Shown in pieces: positions 28,181 to 38,736 of a stretch of DNA of 64,000 nucleotides. The notes beneath the pieces are model-generated. The model had not been told where the DNA came from. It worked only from the letters and a program-made list of their open reading frames with translations, and did not search any database. The DNA is taken from assembly GCA_001824255.1 (NCBI GenBank), contig MHWQ01000002.1:57298-121297 (forward strand), read 5' to 3'. The translations under genes and the position numbers were made by a program. The first letter of the stretch is position 1. Each line of letters starts with the position of its first letter. The stretch comes from Candidatus Zambryskibacteria bacterium RIFCSPLOWO2_02_FULL_51_21 (lineage in GTDB: Bacteria; Patescibacteriota; Minisyncoccia; Phycocordibacterales; Zambryskibacteraceae).

Positions 28181-29231
28181 TTTAAAAAACTGGAAAAGGC
28201 ATCTGTCCCACGATGTTGGCATCGACCTCGGCACGGCCAATACCCTGGTCTACATGCGCGGGCGGGGCATTGTGGTAAATGAGCCATCGGTCGTGGCGGT
28301 AAACCAGAAGACCGGCCAGATTGTCGCCATCGGCACGGAAGCAAAAGCCATGTTTGGCCGAACGCCGGAGCACATTGTGGCCGTGAAGCCCTTGGTTGAC
28401 GGCGTTATTTCCGATTTCGAAACGACGGAAGAGATGGTGGCGTATCTCTTGAGCCGGGCTACCGCGGGTTCAAGAAAGTTATTATCTCCCCGAGTCGTTG
28501 TCGGGGTGCCTTCAAATATCACCAATGTCGAAATTCGCGCCGTGCGCGACGCCACCAGGAACGCCGGTGCGGGCGTCGTGCACATCGTCGAGGAGCCGAT
28601 GGCGGCGGCTATCGGCATGCGGCTTCCAATTCACGAGCCGGCCGGTTCCATGGTCATCGACATCGGCGGCGGCACAACTGACATCGCAGTCATATCGCTT
28701 GGCGGAGTGGTGAGGTCGAAGAACCTGCGCATCGCCGGGGACCGCTTCAATTTAGACATCATTTCGTACGTCAGAAACCAGTTCAAGATTCTCATTGGCG
28801 ATAAGACGGCCGAGGCGGTAAAGACTTCCATTGGCTCTGTCATGCCGACGCACGCGCCGCTTGAGGCGCCGGTCAAGGGCAGAGACCTTGTAACAGGGCT
28901 TCCCAAGGAAGTGATTCTTACTGATACCGATATCCGCGAAGCTCTGGCGCAGTCTATCGAGGCGCTCATCGAGGCGGTGCGCGAAGTGCTCGAATCCACT
29001 CCGCCGGAAATTCTCGCCGACGTTATGCAGCGCGGACTCCATCTCTCCGGCGGTGGCGCGCTTATCAAAGGTCTGGCGGACCTCATCGAAGAAGAGATTA
29101 ATATCCCCGTCCATGTGCCGGCCGACCCGCTGACCGCCGTTGCTCGCGGCTGCGGCATCATTCTCGAAGACATCGAAAGGTTCAAGGACGTGCTTGTCGC
29201 CAATGAAGATGAATTACCTCCAAAGAAATAG
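28167..29231 (+). CDS. mreB: Rod shape-determining protein MreB
   Basis: IDLGTANT, EEPMAAAIG, DIGGGTT, GGGALI. Confidence 0.97.
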   Translation: MNWPNLKNWKRHLSHDVGIDLGTANTLVYMRGRGIVVNEPSVVAVNQKTGQIVAIGTEAKAMFGRTPEHIVAVKPLVDGVISDFETTEEMVAYLLSRATAGSRKLLSPRVVVGVPSNITNVEIRAVRDATRNAGAGVVHIVEEPMAAAIGMRLPIHEPAGSMVIDIGGGTTDIAVISLGGVVRSKNLRIAGDRFNLDIISYVRNQFKILIGDKTAEAVKTSIGSVMPTHAPLEAPVKGRDLVTGLPKEVILTDTDIREALAQSIEALIEAVREVLESTPPEILADVMQRGLHLSGGGALIKGLADLIEEEINIPVHVPADPLTAVARGCGIILEDIERFKDVLVANEDELPPKK

Positions 29232-29985
29232 GCCGAGAAGCCCGATTGTGAAGCTCTCACTTGTGCTTCTGGGCCTCTTCGCGGCGGGCACAATCTTATT
29301 GTTCTTCCTGTCCGGGCCGGTAATCTCCCTGGTGTCTCCCCTGTGGCGCTCCGAGACTTGGGTCGGAACCCGAGTTTCGGGATTTTTGGAAATTTTCCGG
29401 ACCAAAAATTCGCTGATTTCCGAGAACGCGCGGCTTAGCGAACGATTGGCTGCTTTAGAGATTGAACTTGCCGCGAAAGCGCCGGGACTGGGAGAGAACG
29501 AATCCGTCGCAGCCCTCCTCGGCAGGAGACAGGAGGAGGGCGGCGTGGCGGCATCCGTCTTGGCCCGTCCGCCGCAGATTCCTTACGACACTTTCATCAT
29601 TGATGCAGGCTCGCGCGATACAGTCGCGGCCGGAGAAAGAGTTTTTATGTCCGAAGGGCCACTTCTCGGCACGATTGCGGACGCCTTCGCTTCTTCGGCG
29701 AAGGTAAGACTTTTGTCAACGTCCGGCGAAAAAACAGCGGCGGTGCTTGAGCGCCACGGCATCCCCGTTACTCTTGAGGGCGCGGGTGGAGGCAACTTCC
29801 GCGTGACGGTGCCGAGAGAGACAGAAGTGTCGGTAGGGGACAGAATTCTTTCCGCCGATATTGCCGGGCGGCTGGTGGCGGTGGTAGGCGATGTGGCTAT
29901 GGAACCGACCGACTCTTTCAAGCAAGTTCTCGCCGTGAGTCCGGCAAACATTTTCAACATCCGCTTCGTCTTGATAAGACCATAA
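29203..29985 (+). CDS. mreC: Rod shape-determining protein MreC
   Basis: TM helix, coiled coil (ENARL), 'IIDAG', 'VGDRILS'; follows mreB. Start set at MKMNY. Confidence 0.85.
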   Translation: MKMNYLQRNRPRSPIVKLSLVLLGLFAAGTILLFFLSGPVISLVSPLWRSETWVGTRVSGFLEIFRTKNSLISENARLSERLAALEIELAAKAPGLGENESVAALLGRRQEEGGVAASVLARPPQIPYDTFIIDAGSRDTVAAGERVFMSEGPLLGTIADAFASSAKVRLLSTSGEKTAAVLERHGIPVTLEGAGGGNFRVTVPRETEVSVGDRILSADIAGRLVAVVGDVAMEPTDSFKQVLAVSPANIFNIRFVLIRP

Positions 29986-30251
29986 TGAAGAACCTCCGCG
30001 TCATAAGCTCTATCGTACTGATTCTTTCGGTAATCTTCCTGCCGAGTTACATATACCTTCCGGCGCTGGCGCTGGCTATCATTGTCCTGCCGTTTTTCTG
30101 GGAAGGAGTGCTTATCGCTTTCCTCATAGATGCCTTGTACGGCCCCGGAGTCAGCTCTCTTGCATCAATTTTCTCAACCTTCGGTTTCTATAGCGCGGTA
30201 CTCCTTGCCGTCGTTGTGCCTGTGAGGCGTCGCCTTCGCACCTATGCGTAG
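29985..30251 (+). CDS. Small hydrophobic membrane protein (MreD position)
   Basis: Entirely hydrophobic, 'LIDALYG'; lies between mreC and the PBP2 gene. Confidence 0.6.
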   Translation: MKNLRVISSIVLILSVIFLPSYIYLPALALAIIVLPFFWEGVLIAFLIDALYGPGVSSLASIFSTFGFYSAVLLAVVVPVRRRLRTYA

Positions 30252-31926
30252 AAAAGTTATAAAAAATATAAAATATCAGGAAATAAATCCAGAGGACATC
30301 TTCCTCGATTCGGCCAACTTGCCTGGATTCGACGAGTACGCGCTCGAAGGCAGGATTGAACGGCCCATGGGCAACACGACCTTCACGGTCGTGAAGATTG
30401 TGTTAAGCATCATCATTTTGGTATTGGCCGGCAAACTCTGGATGCTCTCAGGGAAGGATGGCGAAGTGTATGCTCAGATTTCCGACCGTAACCGTCTGGA
30501 GGAAACCACCATCTTCGCCAACCGCGGCATTATCCTCGACCGAAACGGCGTTACGCTTGCCGAGAACAGCATCAAGGGGGATGACGCGGACTTCGCCGGG
30601 CGCATTTATGCCCCCATGCAGGGCTTGGCGCACGTCGTGGGCTACGTGAAGTATCCGAAGATGGATAGTTCGGGCATTTACTATGACAAAGAGTACCGGC
30701 CGCGCGACGGCGTCGAGCGCGCCTATGACGAAATTCTTCGGGGTAAAAACGGCGAGAAGCTTGTGGAAACGGATGTTGAGGGCTCTGTTACTTCCGAAAG
30801 CATCGTGGAGAAGCCCGTGGACGGCAAGACATTGACTCTCTCGATTGATGCCGGGGTTACCCAGGCCATGCACGAGGCCATCGCGGCGCTCGCCAGAACT
30901 AGCGGCTTCGTCGGCGGAGCCGGAGTGATTATGGACGTCAATACCGGCGAAATTCTCGCACTCACGAGCTATCCGGAATACAACCAGAACGCCATGACCA
31001 AAGGGGTTGACCAGCAAACTTTCGATTCTTTGATAAAGGGTGGAGGCAAACCCTTCCTCGACCGCGCGGTTGGCGGTCTCTACACGCCCGGCTCCATCGT
31101 GAAGCCGATACTCGCATTGGCGGCTCTGAATGAGAAGATAATTTCTCCCAATAAGGAAATTCTCTCTACAGGTTCCATCACTGTTCCCAATCCTTACGAC
31201 CCGGACAAGCCCTCCGTCTTCGGCGACTGGAAGGCGCACGGCTGGACGGCCATGAAGGAGGCGATTGCCGTCTCTTCCGACACCTACTTCTACTCGATCG
31301 GCGGCGGCTTCGGTGGGCAAAAAGGTCTCGGCATCGGCCTCATCGACAAATATTTCAAAATGTTCATGCTCGAGGAGCCCACCGGCATTGAGCTTCTGGG
31401 TGAAGAGACCGGGCTCATACCGACGCCGGAATGGAAGGCGGAGAAATTCGACGGCGACATCTGGCGCTTGGGAGATACCTACATTACCGCAATCGGTCAA
31501 TACGGCACCCAGCTTACGCCGCTTGAGGCGGTGCGCTTCGTTGCCGCCATAGCGAACAAGGGAAGAGTTCTTAAACCCACGCTTCTCGCGAGTTCGACGC
31601 CCGTCGCGGTGAGGACAATCTCTTTCCGCGACGAAGATTGGAAGGTGGTGCGCGAAGGCATGAGGGAGAGCGTGACCTACGGCACTTCCGTAGGTCTCAA
31701 CGTGCCATATGTTGCGGCGGCGGGCAAGACCGGCACGGCCGAGCTTGGCGCGGGCAAGAAGTACGTGCACTCGTGGTCGGTGGGCTTCTTCCCGTATGAC
31801 AATCCGCGCTATGCTTGGGCGGTCATTATGGAGAAAGGCCCTTCCACCAATACTATCGGCGCTACCTCCGTCATGCGGCAAGTGCTCGATTGGATGTCCA
31901 TCTACTCCCCGGAATATTTCCAATAA
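30244..31926 (+). CDS. mrdA: Penicillin-binding protein 2 (class B transpeptidase)
   Basis: RGIILDRNG, PGSIVK (SxxK), SSD, KTGTAE. Confidence 0.9.
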   Translation: MRRKVIKNIKYQEINPEDIFLDSANLPGFDEYALEGRIERPMGNTTFTVVKIVLSIIILVLAGKLWMLSGKDGEVYAQISDRNRLEETTIFANRGIILDRNGVTLAENSIKGDDADFAGRIYAPMQGLAHVVGYVKYPKMDSSGIYYDKEYRPRDGVERAYDEILRGKNGEKLVETDVEGSVTSESIVEKPVDGKTLTLSIDAGVTQAMHEAIAALARTSGFVGGAGVIMDVNTGEILALTSYPEYNQNAMTKGVDQQTFDSLIKGGGKPFLDRAVGGLYTPGSIVKPILALAALNEKIISPNKEILSTGSITVPNPYDPDKPSVFGDWKAHGWTAMKEAIAVSSDTYFYSIGGGFGGQKGLGIGLIDKYFKMFMLEEPTGIELLGEETGLIPTPEWKAEKFDGDIWRLGDTYITAIGQYGTQLTPLEAVRFVAAIANKGRVLKPTLLASSTPVAVRTISFRDEDWKVVREGMRESVTYGTSVGLNVPYVAAAGKTGTAELGAGKKYVHSWSVGFFPYDNPRYAWAVIMEKGPSTNTIGATSVMRQVLDWMSIYSPEYFQ

Positions 31927-31995
31927 ACAGTTTATGATTGCTTTAAAGACGGTTGGGGAGTATCATTACTGGCCATTATTCATAGCAACAGCTCC

Positions 31996-32463
31996 ATGGA
32001 GGCAACTCAGGAATATCTGACCAAAGAGAAGTTCGCGGAATTGGAAAAAGAACTTCAAAATCTCAAGACCGTCAAGCGCAAAGAAGTGGCGGAAGCGCTT
32101 GAATATGCCAAGTCTCTCGGCGACCTCTCCGAGAACCACGAATACCAGGAAGCGCGCGACAGCCAGGCCGTGCTCGAGGACAGAATCAGCCGCCTGGAGA
32201 AAATTCTCAAGACCGCGGCAATTGTCTCCGTCCAGAACGCGAGTCTCGTGGGCGTGGGCTCGGTCATAACCCTTGAGCGTGAGTCGGATAAAAGCAAGAA
32301 AACTTTCACCATCGTGGGCTCGGAGGAAGCCGATGCTTCCAAAGGCATGATATCCACCCGCTCGCCCCTGGGCTCTGCCGCTCTCGGCAAGTCGAAAGGG
32401 GACACGTTCTCATTTGAAACTCCCTCTGGTACAATGTCGTATAAGATTACCGACATTAAGTAA
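31996..32463 (+). CDS. greA: Transcription elongation factor GreA
   Basis: GDLSENHEY, IS..SPLG.A.LGK. Confidence 0.96.
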   Translation: MEATQEYLTKEKFAELEKELQNLKTVKRKEVAEALEYAKSLGDLSENHEYQEARDSQAVLEDRISRLEKILKTAAIVSVQNASLVGVGSVITLERESDKSKKTFTIVGSEEADASKGMISTRSPLGSAALGKSKGDTFSFETPSGTMSYKITDIK

Positions 32464-33933
32464 ATGAGCTCACTAGAGGAAATACGTGCGGCAAGGTTTG
32501 AGAAGCTCAAACTTCTGGAGAAGAAGGGTATAAATCCGTATCCGGCTTCGACTGCCCGTACTCACACTTGCGCGGAAGCAAGAAAAGAATTCGAAGCAGA
32601 GAAAGAAATGGTTCTGGCCGGCCGCATCATGTCTCTTCGGGCGCAGGGGAAAATTATTTTCTTTGATATCAATGACGGGTCTGGCCGTTTCCAGATATTT
32701 CTCAAAAAAGGCGACCCGATTTCGGACGAAAATTTCGAACTCTTCGAACAAGCTTTTGACATCGGGGATTTCGTAGAGGTGAAAGGCACGCTTTTCCTCA
32801 CCAAACAAGACGAGAAGACCCTCCTCGCCGGGGAGGTAAAAATGCTCTCGAAATCGCTTCTGCCCCTGCCCGAGAAGTGGCACGGTCTCTCCGATGTCGA
32901 AGAGCGCTTCCGCAAGCGTTATTTGGATTTGCTCTCGAATCCGGAAGTGAGGCAGATTTTCGAGCTCAAGGAGAAATTCTGGAAATCGGTCAGAGACTTT
33001 TTGAAAAAAGAGGGATTCATGGAAGTGGAAACGCCCACACTCGAAGTTACCACCGGCGGCGCCGAGGCCAGGCCCTTCAAAACTCATCATAACGATTTCG
33101 ATGTCGATGTTTATCTGCGCATTTCCGTAGGCGAGCTATGGCAGAAGCGTCTCATGGCCGGAGGATTCCCGAAAACATTTGAAATCGGCCGCGTTTACCG
33201 GAACGAGGGCTCTTCTCCGGAGCACCTCCAGGAATTCACCAATATGGAATTTTACGCCGCTTACATGAATTTCGAGAACGGCAAGGAATTAATCAAGAAA
33301 CTTTACAGGACCGTCGCCTGGGAGGTCTTCGGCAAATCTACTTTCGAAACCAGGGGGCACAAATTCGACCTCGAAGATGAATGGCAGGACCTGGATTACG
33401 TCGAGACGGTGAAGAAAATGACCGGTGTTGATGTAATCAACGACAGCGAAGACAAACTTCGCTCGAAGCTCGAAGAGCTTGGCGTCAAGTACGACGGCGA
33501 GAATCGCGAGAGGATGACCGACAGCTTGTGGAAACATTGCCGCAAATCCATTTCCGGCCCGGCGTTTCTCATCAATCATCCGAAGCTCATCGCCCCGCTT
33601 TCCAAAGAGCATCCGGACAATCCGAATCTGACTAAGACCTTCCAGGTCATCATTGCCGGGAGCGAGATCGGCCGTGCTCACGCGGAACTCAATGACCCTA
33701 TGGACCAGGCCAGGAGATTTGTAAAGCAGAAAGAGCTTATCGAGAGGGGAGACGAAGAGGCGATGATGCCCGACGACGAATTCGTCGAGATGCTCGAATA
33801 CGGCATGCCGCCAACCTTCGGCTTCGGCTTCGGCGAACGCTTCTTCGCCTTCCTCGTCGACAAACCGCTTCGCGAAACCCAGCTTTTCCCTCTGATGCGT
33901 CCGAAAACATTAAATATTAACGTTCATAACTAA
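32464..33933 (+). CDS. lysS: Lysyl-tRNA synthetase (class II)
   Basis: LPEKWHGL, RKRYLDL, GGAEARPF, YRNEG, YGMPP. Confidence 0.96.
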   Translation: MSSLEEIRAARFEKLKLLEKKGINPYPASTARTHTCAEARKEFEAEKEMVLAGRIMSLRAQGKIIFFDINDGSGRFQIFLKKGDPISDENFELFEQAFDIGDFVEVKGTLFLTKQDEKTLLAGEVKMLSKSLLPLPEKWHGLSDVEERFRKRYLDLLSNPEVRQIFELKEKFWKSVRDFLKKEGFMEVETPTLEVTTGGAEARPFKTHHNDFDVDVYLRISVGELWQKRLMAGGFPKTFEIGRVYRNEGSSPEHLQEFTNMEFYAAYMNFENGKELIKKLYRTVAWEVFGKSTFETRGHKFDLEDEWQDLDYVETVKKMTGVDVINDSEDKLRSKLEELGVKYDGENRERMTDSLWKHCRKSISGPAFLINHPKLIAPLSKEHPDNPNLTKTFQVIIAGSEIGRAHAELNDPMDQARRFVKQKELIERGDEEAMMPDDEFVEMLEYGMPPTFGFGFGERFFAFLVDKPLRETQLFPLMRPKTLNINVHN

Positions 33934-33959
33934 AAAGCCCAGAACCGAGGCCTTTTAAT

Positions 33960-35681
33960 TTATTTTCTCTCTTTTATTTCCGTTTTGAGTTTCTCTATCA
34001 GTTCTTCGATGCCCTGAGCTCCTTCATTGCCCCTGTCGCGGCTTTCGACGGTGACCTTTTTATCATTAAGTTCCTTGTCTCCGATTACTAGGGCGTAGGG
34101 AATCTTCTCAGTTTTGAAATTACGGATTTTTTTGCCCAAAGTCTCGTCCGAAACGTCGAGCTCGGCGCGAATGCCGGCCGCTTTCATTTTATCCAAAACA
34201 CTCGTCGCGTATTCGAAATGCGCTTCACCGATGGGGAGAATTCTCGCCTGCACGGGCGCGAGCCAGAGAGGAAAAGCGCCGGCGTAGTGCTCTATTAAGC
34301 CACCAAAGAATCGCTCCATCGACCCTACTAATACTCGGTGGAGCATTACTGGTCTATGGGCCCTGCCATCTGATCCTATATATTCCATCTTAAATCTTTC
34401 CGGAAGATTAAAATCAAGTTGCACTGTCGGGCCTTGCCACTTTCGTCCAAGAGAATCAATAAGTTTAAAGTCTAGTTTCGGACCATAGAAAGCCCCTCCT
34501 CCGGCATCGATAGTATATTCCTTACCTTCTTTTTCCAATACTTCCTTTAAGAGATTTTCAGCCTTTTCCCACACTTCGCTTGAACCGATGGCTTTCTCTG
34601 GCCTGGTTGAAAGTTCGATAGAGTAAGGGTAGCGAAAAGTCTTAAGCATCTCATCAACTAGGGAGAGTAGTTCCTTCACTTCATTTTCTACCTGTTCGGG
34701 TGTGCAGAATATGTGAGCATCATCTTGGGTAAAACCGCGTACACGTAAGAGACCTTGGAGCGTGCCACTTAATTCATAGCGGTAAACCGTGCCGAATTCT
34801 GCAAAACGTAGCGGGAGGTCGCGATAAGAGTGTACGCGTGATTGGTAAATACAAATATGCCCCGGGCAGTTCATTGGTTTGAGACGGTATTTTTCTCCCT
34901 CAATCTCCATTGGGCCATACATGCTGTCAATGTAGTTTTCCAAATGCCCTGATTCCATGAAGAGTTTTTCGCTGGCAATATGAGGTGTATATACCAAGTC
35001 ATAGCCATGCTTCAAAACTAGTTCTCTTTCGTAATCCTCAATTTCTTTGCGAATGATACCGCCTTTTGGATGCCACAAAATCAAGCCTTGGCCAAGCCGT
35101 TCGTCGACGGAGAAAAGATTGAGTTCTGCCCCCAGTTTTCTGTGGTCTCTCTTTTTGGCTTCTTCCTGCTGTTTCTCGTACGCTTCGAGCTCCTCTCCGG
35201 TTTCGAAAGCTAAGCCGTAAATCCTGGTAAGCATTTTGTTCTTCTCATCTCCGCGCCAATATGCTCCGGCTAAGTGGGAGAGTTTCCAGGAATCCGGCTC
35301 GATTTCCTTCATTTCCTCGACATGCCCACCGCGGCAAAGATCGGTGAATTGGCCGGAAGTGTATAAGGTAAGAGGCTCGCCCTTGGAGACAATCTCGTCG
35401 ATAAGTTCAAGTTTGTAAGGGTTGTCTTTGAAAAATTCCTTGACTTCTTTCTCCGTCACATCCTTTTTCTCGAAGCCCCTCCATCCGTTCGAGAGCTTCT
35501 TCATTTTCTTCTCGATTTCCTTGAGGTCAGTGTCAGAAATGGGAGAAGGGAAGTCGAAATCGTAATAGAAGCCGTTGTCTATAGCCGGACCGATAGTATT
35601 TTTGGCATCAGGATAAAGCTCAAGAACCGCCGCCGCCAAGAGGTGAGCGAGAGAATGGCGTTTTTCTTCGATTTTGCTCAT
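33960..35681 (-). CDS. thrS: Threonyl-tRNA synthetase
   Basis: HSLAH, DLCRGGH, RDHRKLG, KPMNCPGH, RVRGFTQDDAH, FYGPK. Confidence 0.97.
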   Translation of the reverse strand: MSKIEEKRHSLAHLLAAAVLELYPDAKNTIGPAIDNGFYYDFDFPSPISDTDLKEIEKKMKKLSNGWRGFEKKDVTEKEVKEFFKDNPYKLELIDEIVSKGEPLTLYTSGQFTDLCRGGHVEEMKEIEPDSWKLSHLAGAYWRGDEKNKMLTRIYGLAFETGEELEAYEKQQEEAKKRDHRKLGAELNLFSVDERLGQGLILWHPKGGIIRKEIEDYERELVLKHGYDLVYTPHIASEKLFMESGHLENYIDSMYGPMEIEGEKYRLKPMNCPGHICIYQSRVHSYRDLPLRFAEFGTVYRYELSGTLQGLLRVRGFTQDDAHIFCTPEQVENEVKELLSLVDEMLKTFRYPYSIELSTRPEKAIGSSEVWEKAENLLKEVLEKEGKEYTIDAGGGAFYGPKLDFKLIDSLGRKWQGPTVQLDFNLPERFKMEYIGSDGRAHRPVMLHRVLVGSMERFFGGLIEHYAGAFPLWLAPVQARILPIGEAHFEYATSVLDKMKAAGIRAELDVSDETLGKKIRNFKTEKIPYALVIGDKELNDKKVTVESRDRGNEGAQGIEELIEKLKTEIKERK

Positions 35682-35690
35682 TGCTACATC

Positions 35691-38600
35691 CTACAAGGCC
35701 TTAATCTTTTCGGCAATGAAGGAGGTATCGCCTTTGCGCTTGCTTACGCGGCCCTTGAGGGCGATGCAGGTTTGCGGTTCGACGAACTGGCGGAATTCGG
35801 AGAGGACGCGCGGGAAGATGGCCACTTCGACCGTGCCCGAGAAGTCGGAGAGCTTCATAAAGACCATGCGTTCGTTGTTCTTGGTCAATACGTCTCTCGC
35901 TTCCTCGACCATGCCGCCGATGACCGCCACGGCGCCGTCCGGCATGCCGGCGAGCTTCGATATGCTCATGTCCTTGCTCAAGAGCTTGTCACGGTGCTCC
36001 TCGAGCGGATGGCCGGAGATATAGAGGCCGAGAAGGTCCTTCTCCCACGCGAGCTTTTCTCTCTGCGTCACTTCGGGGAACTTGGCCAATCTCAGAGCCG
36101 GCGTCGCTTCGGCGGAGAAGAGCGAACCCTGATTATCGTCGCTATTCGCTCTCTCTTTGTGATAGGCGAGCAGCGTTTCTAGGTTGCCGAGCAATTCTCC
36201 TCTTTCTCCAAATTCATCTAGCGCGCCGGCCTTGATAAGCGATTCAAGCGATTTCTTATTCAAATTTTTATCCTTCACCCGGTCGAGGAAATCCGGCAGC
36301 GATTTGAATTTGCCGTTCGCTTTACGTTCGGCTGTAATGGACGAAGAAATGCCCTGGCCGAAGTTCTTGATGGTGACCAGGCCGAAGCGGATTTTGTGCT
36401 TGCCGTCATCGCCTTTGATAACGCTGAATTGCGAGAAACTTTCGTTGATGGAAGGCGGCAAGACATCGATGCCCATACGCTTGCACTCGGCGACCATTAT
36501 GCCCACGGTGTCCACGTCGCCGGATTCGGCTGTAAGAACCGCTGACATATAAATGGCCGGGTAATTGGCCTTGAGATAAGCCGTCACATACGCAATGTGG
36601 CCGTAACTTGCCGCGTGCGCCTTGTTGAAGCCGTATCCCTGGAAGGGGACGAAAAGCTGCCAGAGCGCTTCGGCTTTCTCTTCTGTCATGCCGCCGTTCT
36701 TGATACAGCCCTCGACGAACATGACGTGCTGCTTCTTCATCTCCTCGGGAATTTTCTTGCCCACCGCTTTCCTGAATTTGTCCACTTCGCCCCAAGTGTA
36801 TCCGGCCACTTCAATCGCGGTCATAAGAAGGTCGTCCTGGTAGACGAGCACTCCGTAAGTCGTGTCGAGGAAGCCTTTCATCTTCGGATGGAGATATGTG
36901 ACGGGTTTCTTGCCGTGCTTTCTCGCAATATATTCCTGGATGTTATCCATCGGTCCCGGACGATAGAGGGCCACCATGACGTTGATGTCGTGGATATTGG
37001 TCGGCTTCAAATCCATAAGCGCTTTGGTCATGCCGGAGCCATTGAGCTGGAAAGTTCCCTCCGTCTCGCCTCGCGCGAGCATCTGGAAGGTTTTCTTGTC
37101 GTCAGTCGGGATATCTTCTATATGAATAATTTTTCCATCAATCTTCTCTATGCGGGCGAAGGTGTCGGAGATGATAGCCAGGTTTCTAATGCCCAGGAAA
37201 TCGAACTTGAGCAGGCCGGCTTCTTCAATCGAATACATATCGTACTGGGTGATAATTTTCTGCTCGCCCTTGGTGTCGTACTGAAGCGCGGTGTAGTCGA
37301 TGAGCGACGTAGGGGCAATGACGACGCCTGCGGCATGGACCGAGATGTGTCTGGCGTTGCCCTCAATCGACTTAGCCATATCCATGACGCTCTTCGCCTC
37401 ACCGTTTTCTTCATAGAGCTTCCTTAGGTCCGGGTTCTCTTTCATGGCCCGGTCGATGGTCATAGGGAATCCCTGCGCGCCAAGCGGTATGAGCTTGGCT
37501 ATCTGGTCACCCAGAGCGTAAGGCAGACCCATAGCTCTTGTGACGTCTCTCACGGCGCCGCGGGCCATCATGGTGCCGAAGGTGCCGATTTGAGCCACGT
37601 GGTCCACGCCGTAAATACCCTTCGCGTATTCGATGAGTTCGTCGCGCCTGTTGTCAGCGATGTCGAGGTCGATATCCGGCGGCGATGGTCTGTCGGGGTT
37701 TAGGAAGCGTTCGAAAGGCAGGGCGAATTTTATCGGGTCGACCGTGGTGATACCTGCGAGATACGTGACCATGGAGCCGGCCGCCGAACCCCTGGTATTG
37801 GTGAGGATGCCGTGCTCATGCGCGTAGCGCAGAAGGTCGGCGGTGACCAGGAAGTACGGCGTGTAGCCCTTCTTCCTGATGACGCCGAGTTCGTATTCTA
37901 TACGCTCGAGAATTTCCGGAGTTTCCTTGATCTCCCGCTCCTTAAGCCCTTTATAGACGAGGTCCTTAAGCTCTTCATCGTAAGTTTTTCCTCCCTCCGC
38001 GATGTAAGTGGGGAAGACCCATCTACCAAGCTCGAGGTGGAGATTGCAGCGCAGGGCGATTTCGGCTGTCTTCTTCAACGCTTCCGGATTCTTCTTGTAA
38101 TCCTTCTTCGCTTCTTCTCCGGTGCGGAAGTGGAGGTCTTCGTTTTCTTCGAAACTGCCGCGATTTATAAATTCCTGGATAGACTTTACCGTCTCGAAGG
38201 CCGGCCGGTTTTCCGGTTCGAGATAATAGACATCGTATATGGCCAGTTCGCTTTCGAGGAAGAAATTCTTGCCGAATATTTCTTTGTAGTACTTTTCTTC
38301 TTTGGCTATAGCGATAAGCCCCTCGTTATATTTCTCCAAAAGTTCTTTGTCTATGCGCGGCTTATAATAGAAACCTTCGAGATAAGAAGCGGTGACGAGC
38401 TTCAGAAGATTTTTGTAACCGGTCTCATTCTCGGCCAGGAGGACCAGCCGGCTCCGCTGGTTGTCCACCCGAGCCTCCTTGTCGTGACGAGTGCGGATAG
38501 CGACGTAGAAATCGACGCCGATAATCGGTTTGATGCCGTTCTCTTTGCATTCTTTATAGAACTCGATGGCGCCATAGAGATTGCCCGAGTCGGTGAGGGC

Positions 38601-38711
38601 GAGCGTCTCCATGCCGCACCTCTTTGCCTTCTTGACGAGGTCGGGAATCTTCGGCAAAGCCTCAAGGAGGGAATAGTGGGAGTGGACGCGAAGGTGGACG
38701 AACTTCGACAT
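35691..38711 (-). CDS. dnaE: DNA polymerase III alpha subunit
   Basis: HSHYSLL, RGSAAGS, PDIDLD, KFDFLG, YGFNKAH. Start at the second Met, 6 nt after TATACT. Confidence 0.97.
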   Translation of the reverse strand: MSKFVHLRVHSHYSLLEALPKIPDLVKKAKRCGMETLALTDSGNLYGAIEFYKECKENGIKPIIGVDFYVAIRTRHDKEARVDNQRSRLVLLAENETGYKNLLKLVTASYLEGFYYKPRIDKELLEKYNEGLIAIAKEEKYYKEIFGKNFFLESELAIYDVYYLEPENRPAFETVKSIQEFINRGSFEENEDLHFRTGEEAKKDYKKNPEALKKTAEIALRCNLHLELGRWVFPTYIAEGGKTYDEELKDLVYKGLKEREIKETPEILERIEYELGVIRKKGYTPYFLVTADLLRYAHEHGILTNTRGSAAGSMVTYLAGITTVDPIKFALPFERFLNPDRPSPPDIDLDIADNRRDELIEYAKGIYGVDHVAQIGTFGTMMARGAVRDVTRAMGLPYALGDQIAKLIPLGAQGFPMTIDRAMKENPDLRKLYEENGEAKSVMDMAKSIEGNARHISVHAAGVVIAPTSLIDYTALQYDTKGEQKIITQYDMYSIEEAGLLKFDFLGIRNLAIISDTFARIEKIDGKIIHIEDIPTDDKKTFQMLARGETEGTFQLNGSGMTKALMDLKPTNIHDINVMVALYRPGPMDNIQEYIARKHGKKPVTYLHPKMKGFLDTTYGVLVYQDDLLMTAIEVAGYTWGEVDKFRKAVGKKIPEEMKKQHVMFVEGCIKNGGMTEEKAEALWQLFVPFQGYGFNKAHAASYGHIAYVTAYLKANYPAIYMSAVLTAESGDVDTVGIMVAECKRMGIDVLPPSINESFSQFSVIKGDDGKHKIRFGLVTIKNFGQGISSSITAERKANGKFKSLPDFLDRVKDKNLNKKSLESLIKAGALDEFGERGELLGNLETLLAYHKERANSDDNQGSLFSAEATPALRLAKFPEVTQREKLAWEKDLLGLYISGHPLEEHRDKLLSKDMSISKLAGMPDGAVAVIGGMVEEARDVLTKNNERMVFMKLSDFSGTVEVAIFPRVLSEFRQFVEPQTCIALKGRVSKRKGDTSFIAEKIKAL

Positions 38712-38736
38712 GGGCATAGTATAATACAGACATCTG

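Noticed and set aside
35691-38711. Intein or intron in dnaE (also checked gyrA and clpB)
   Set aside because: Lengths are normal or short, and no intein termini or LAGLIDADG motifs were seen.
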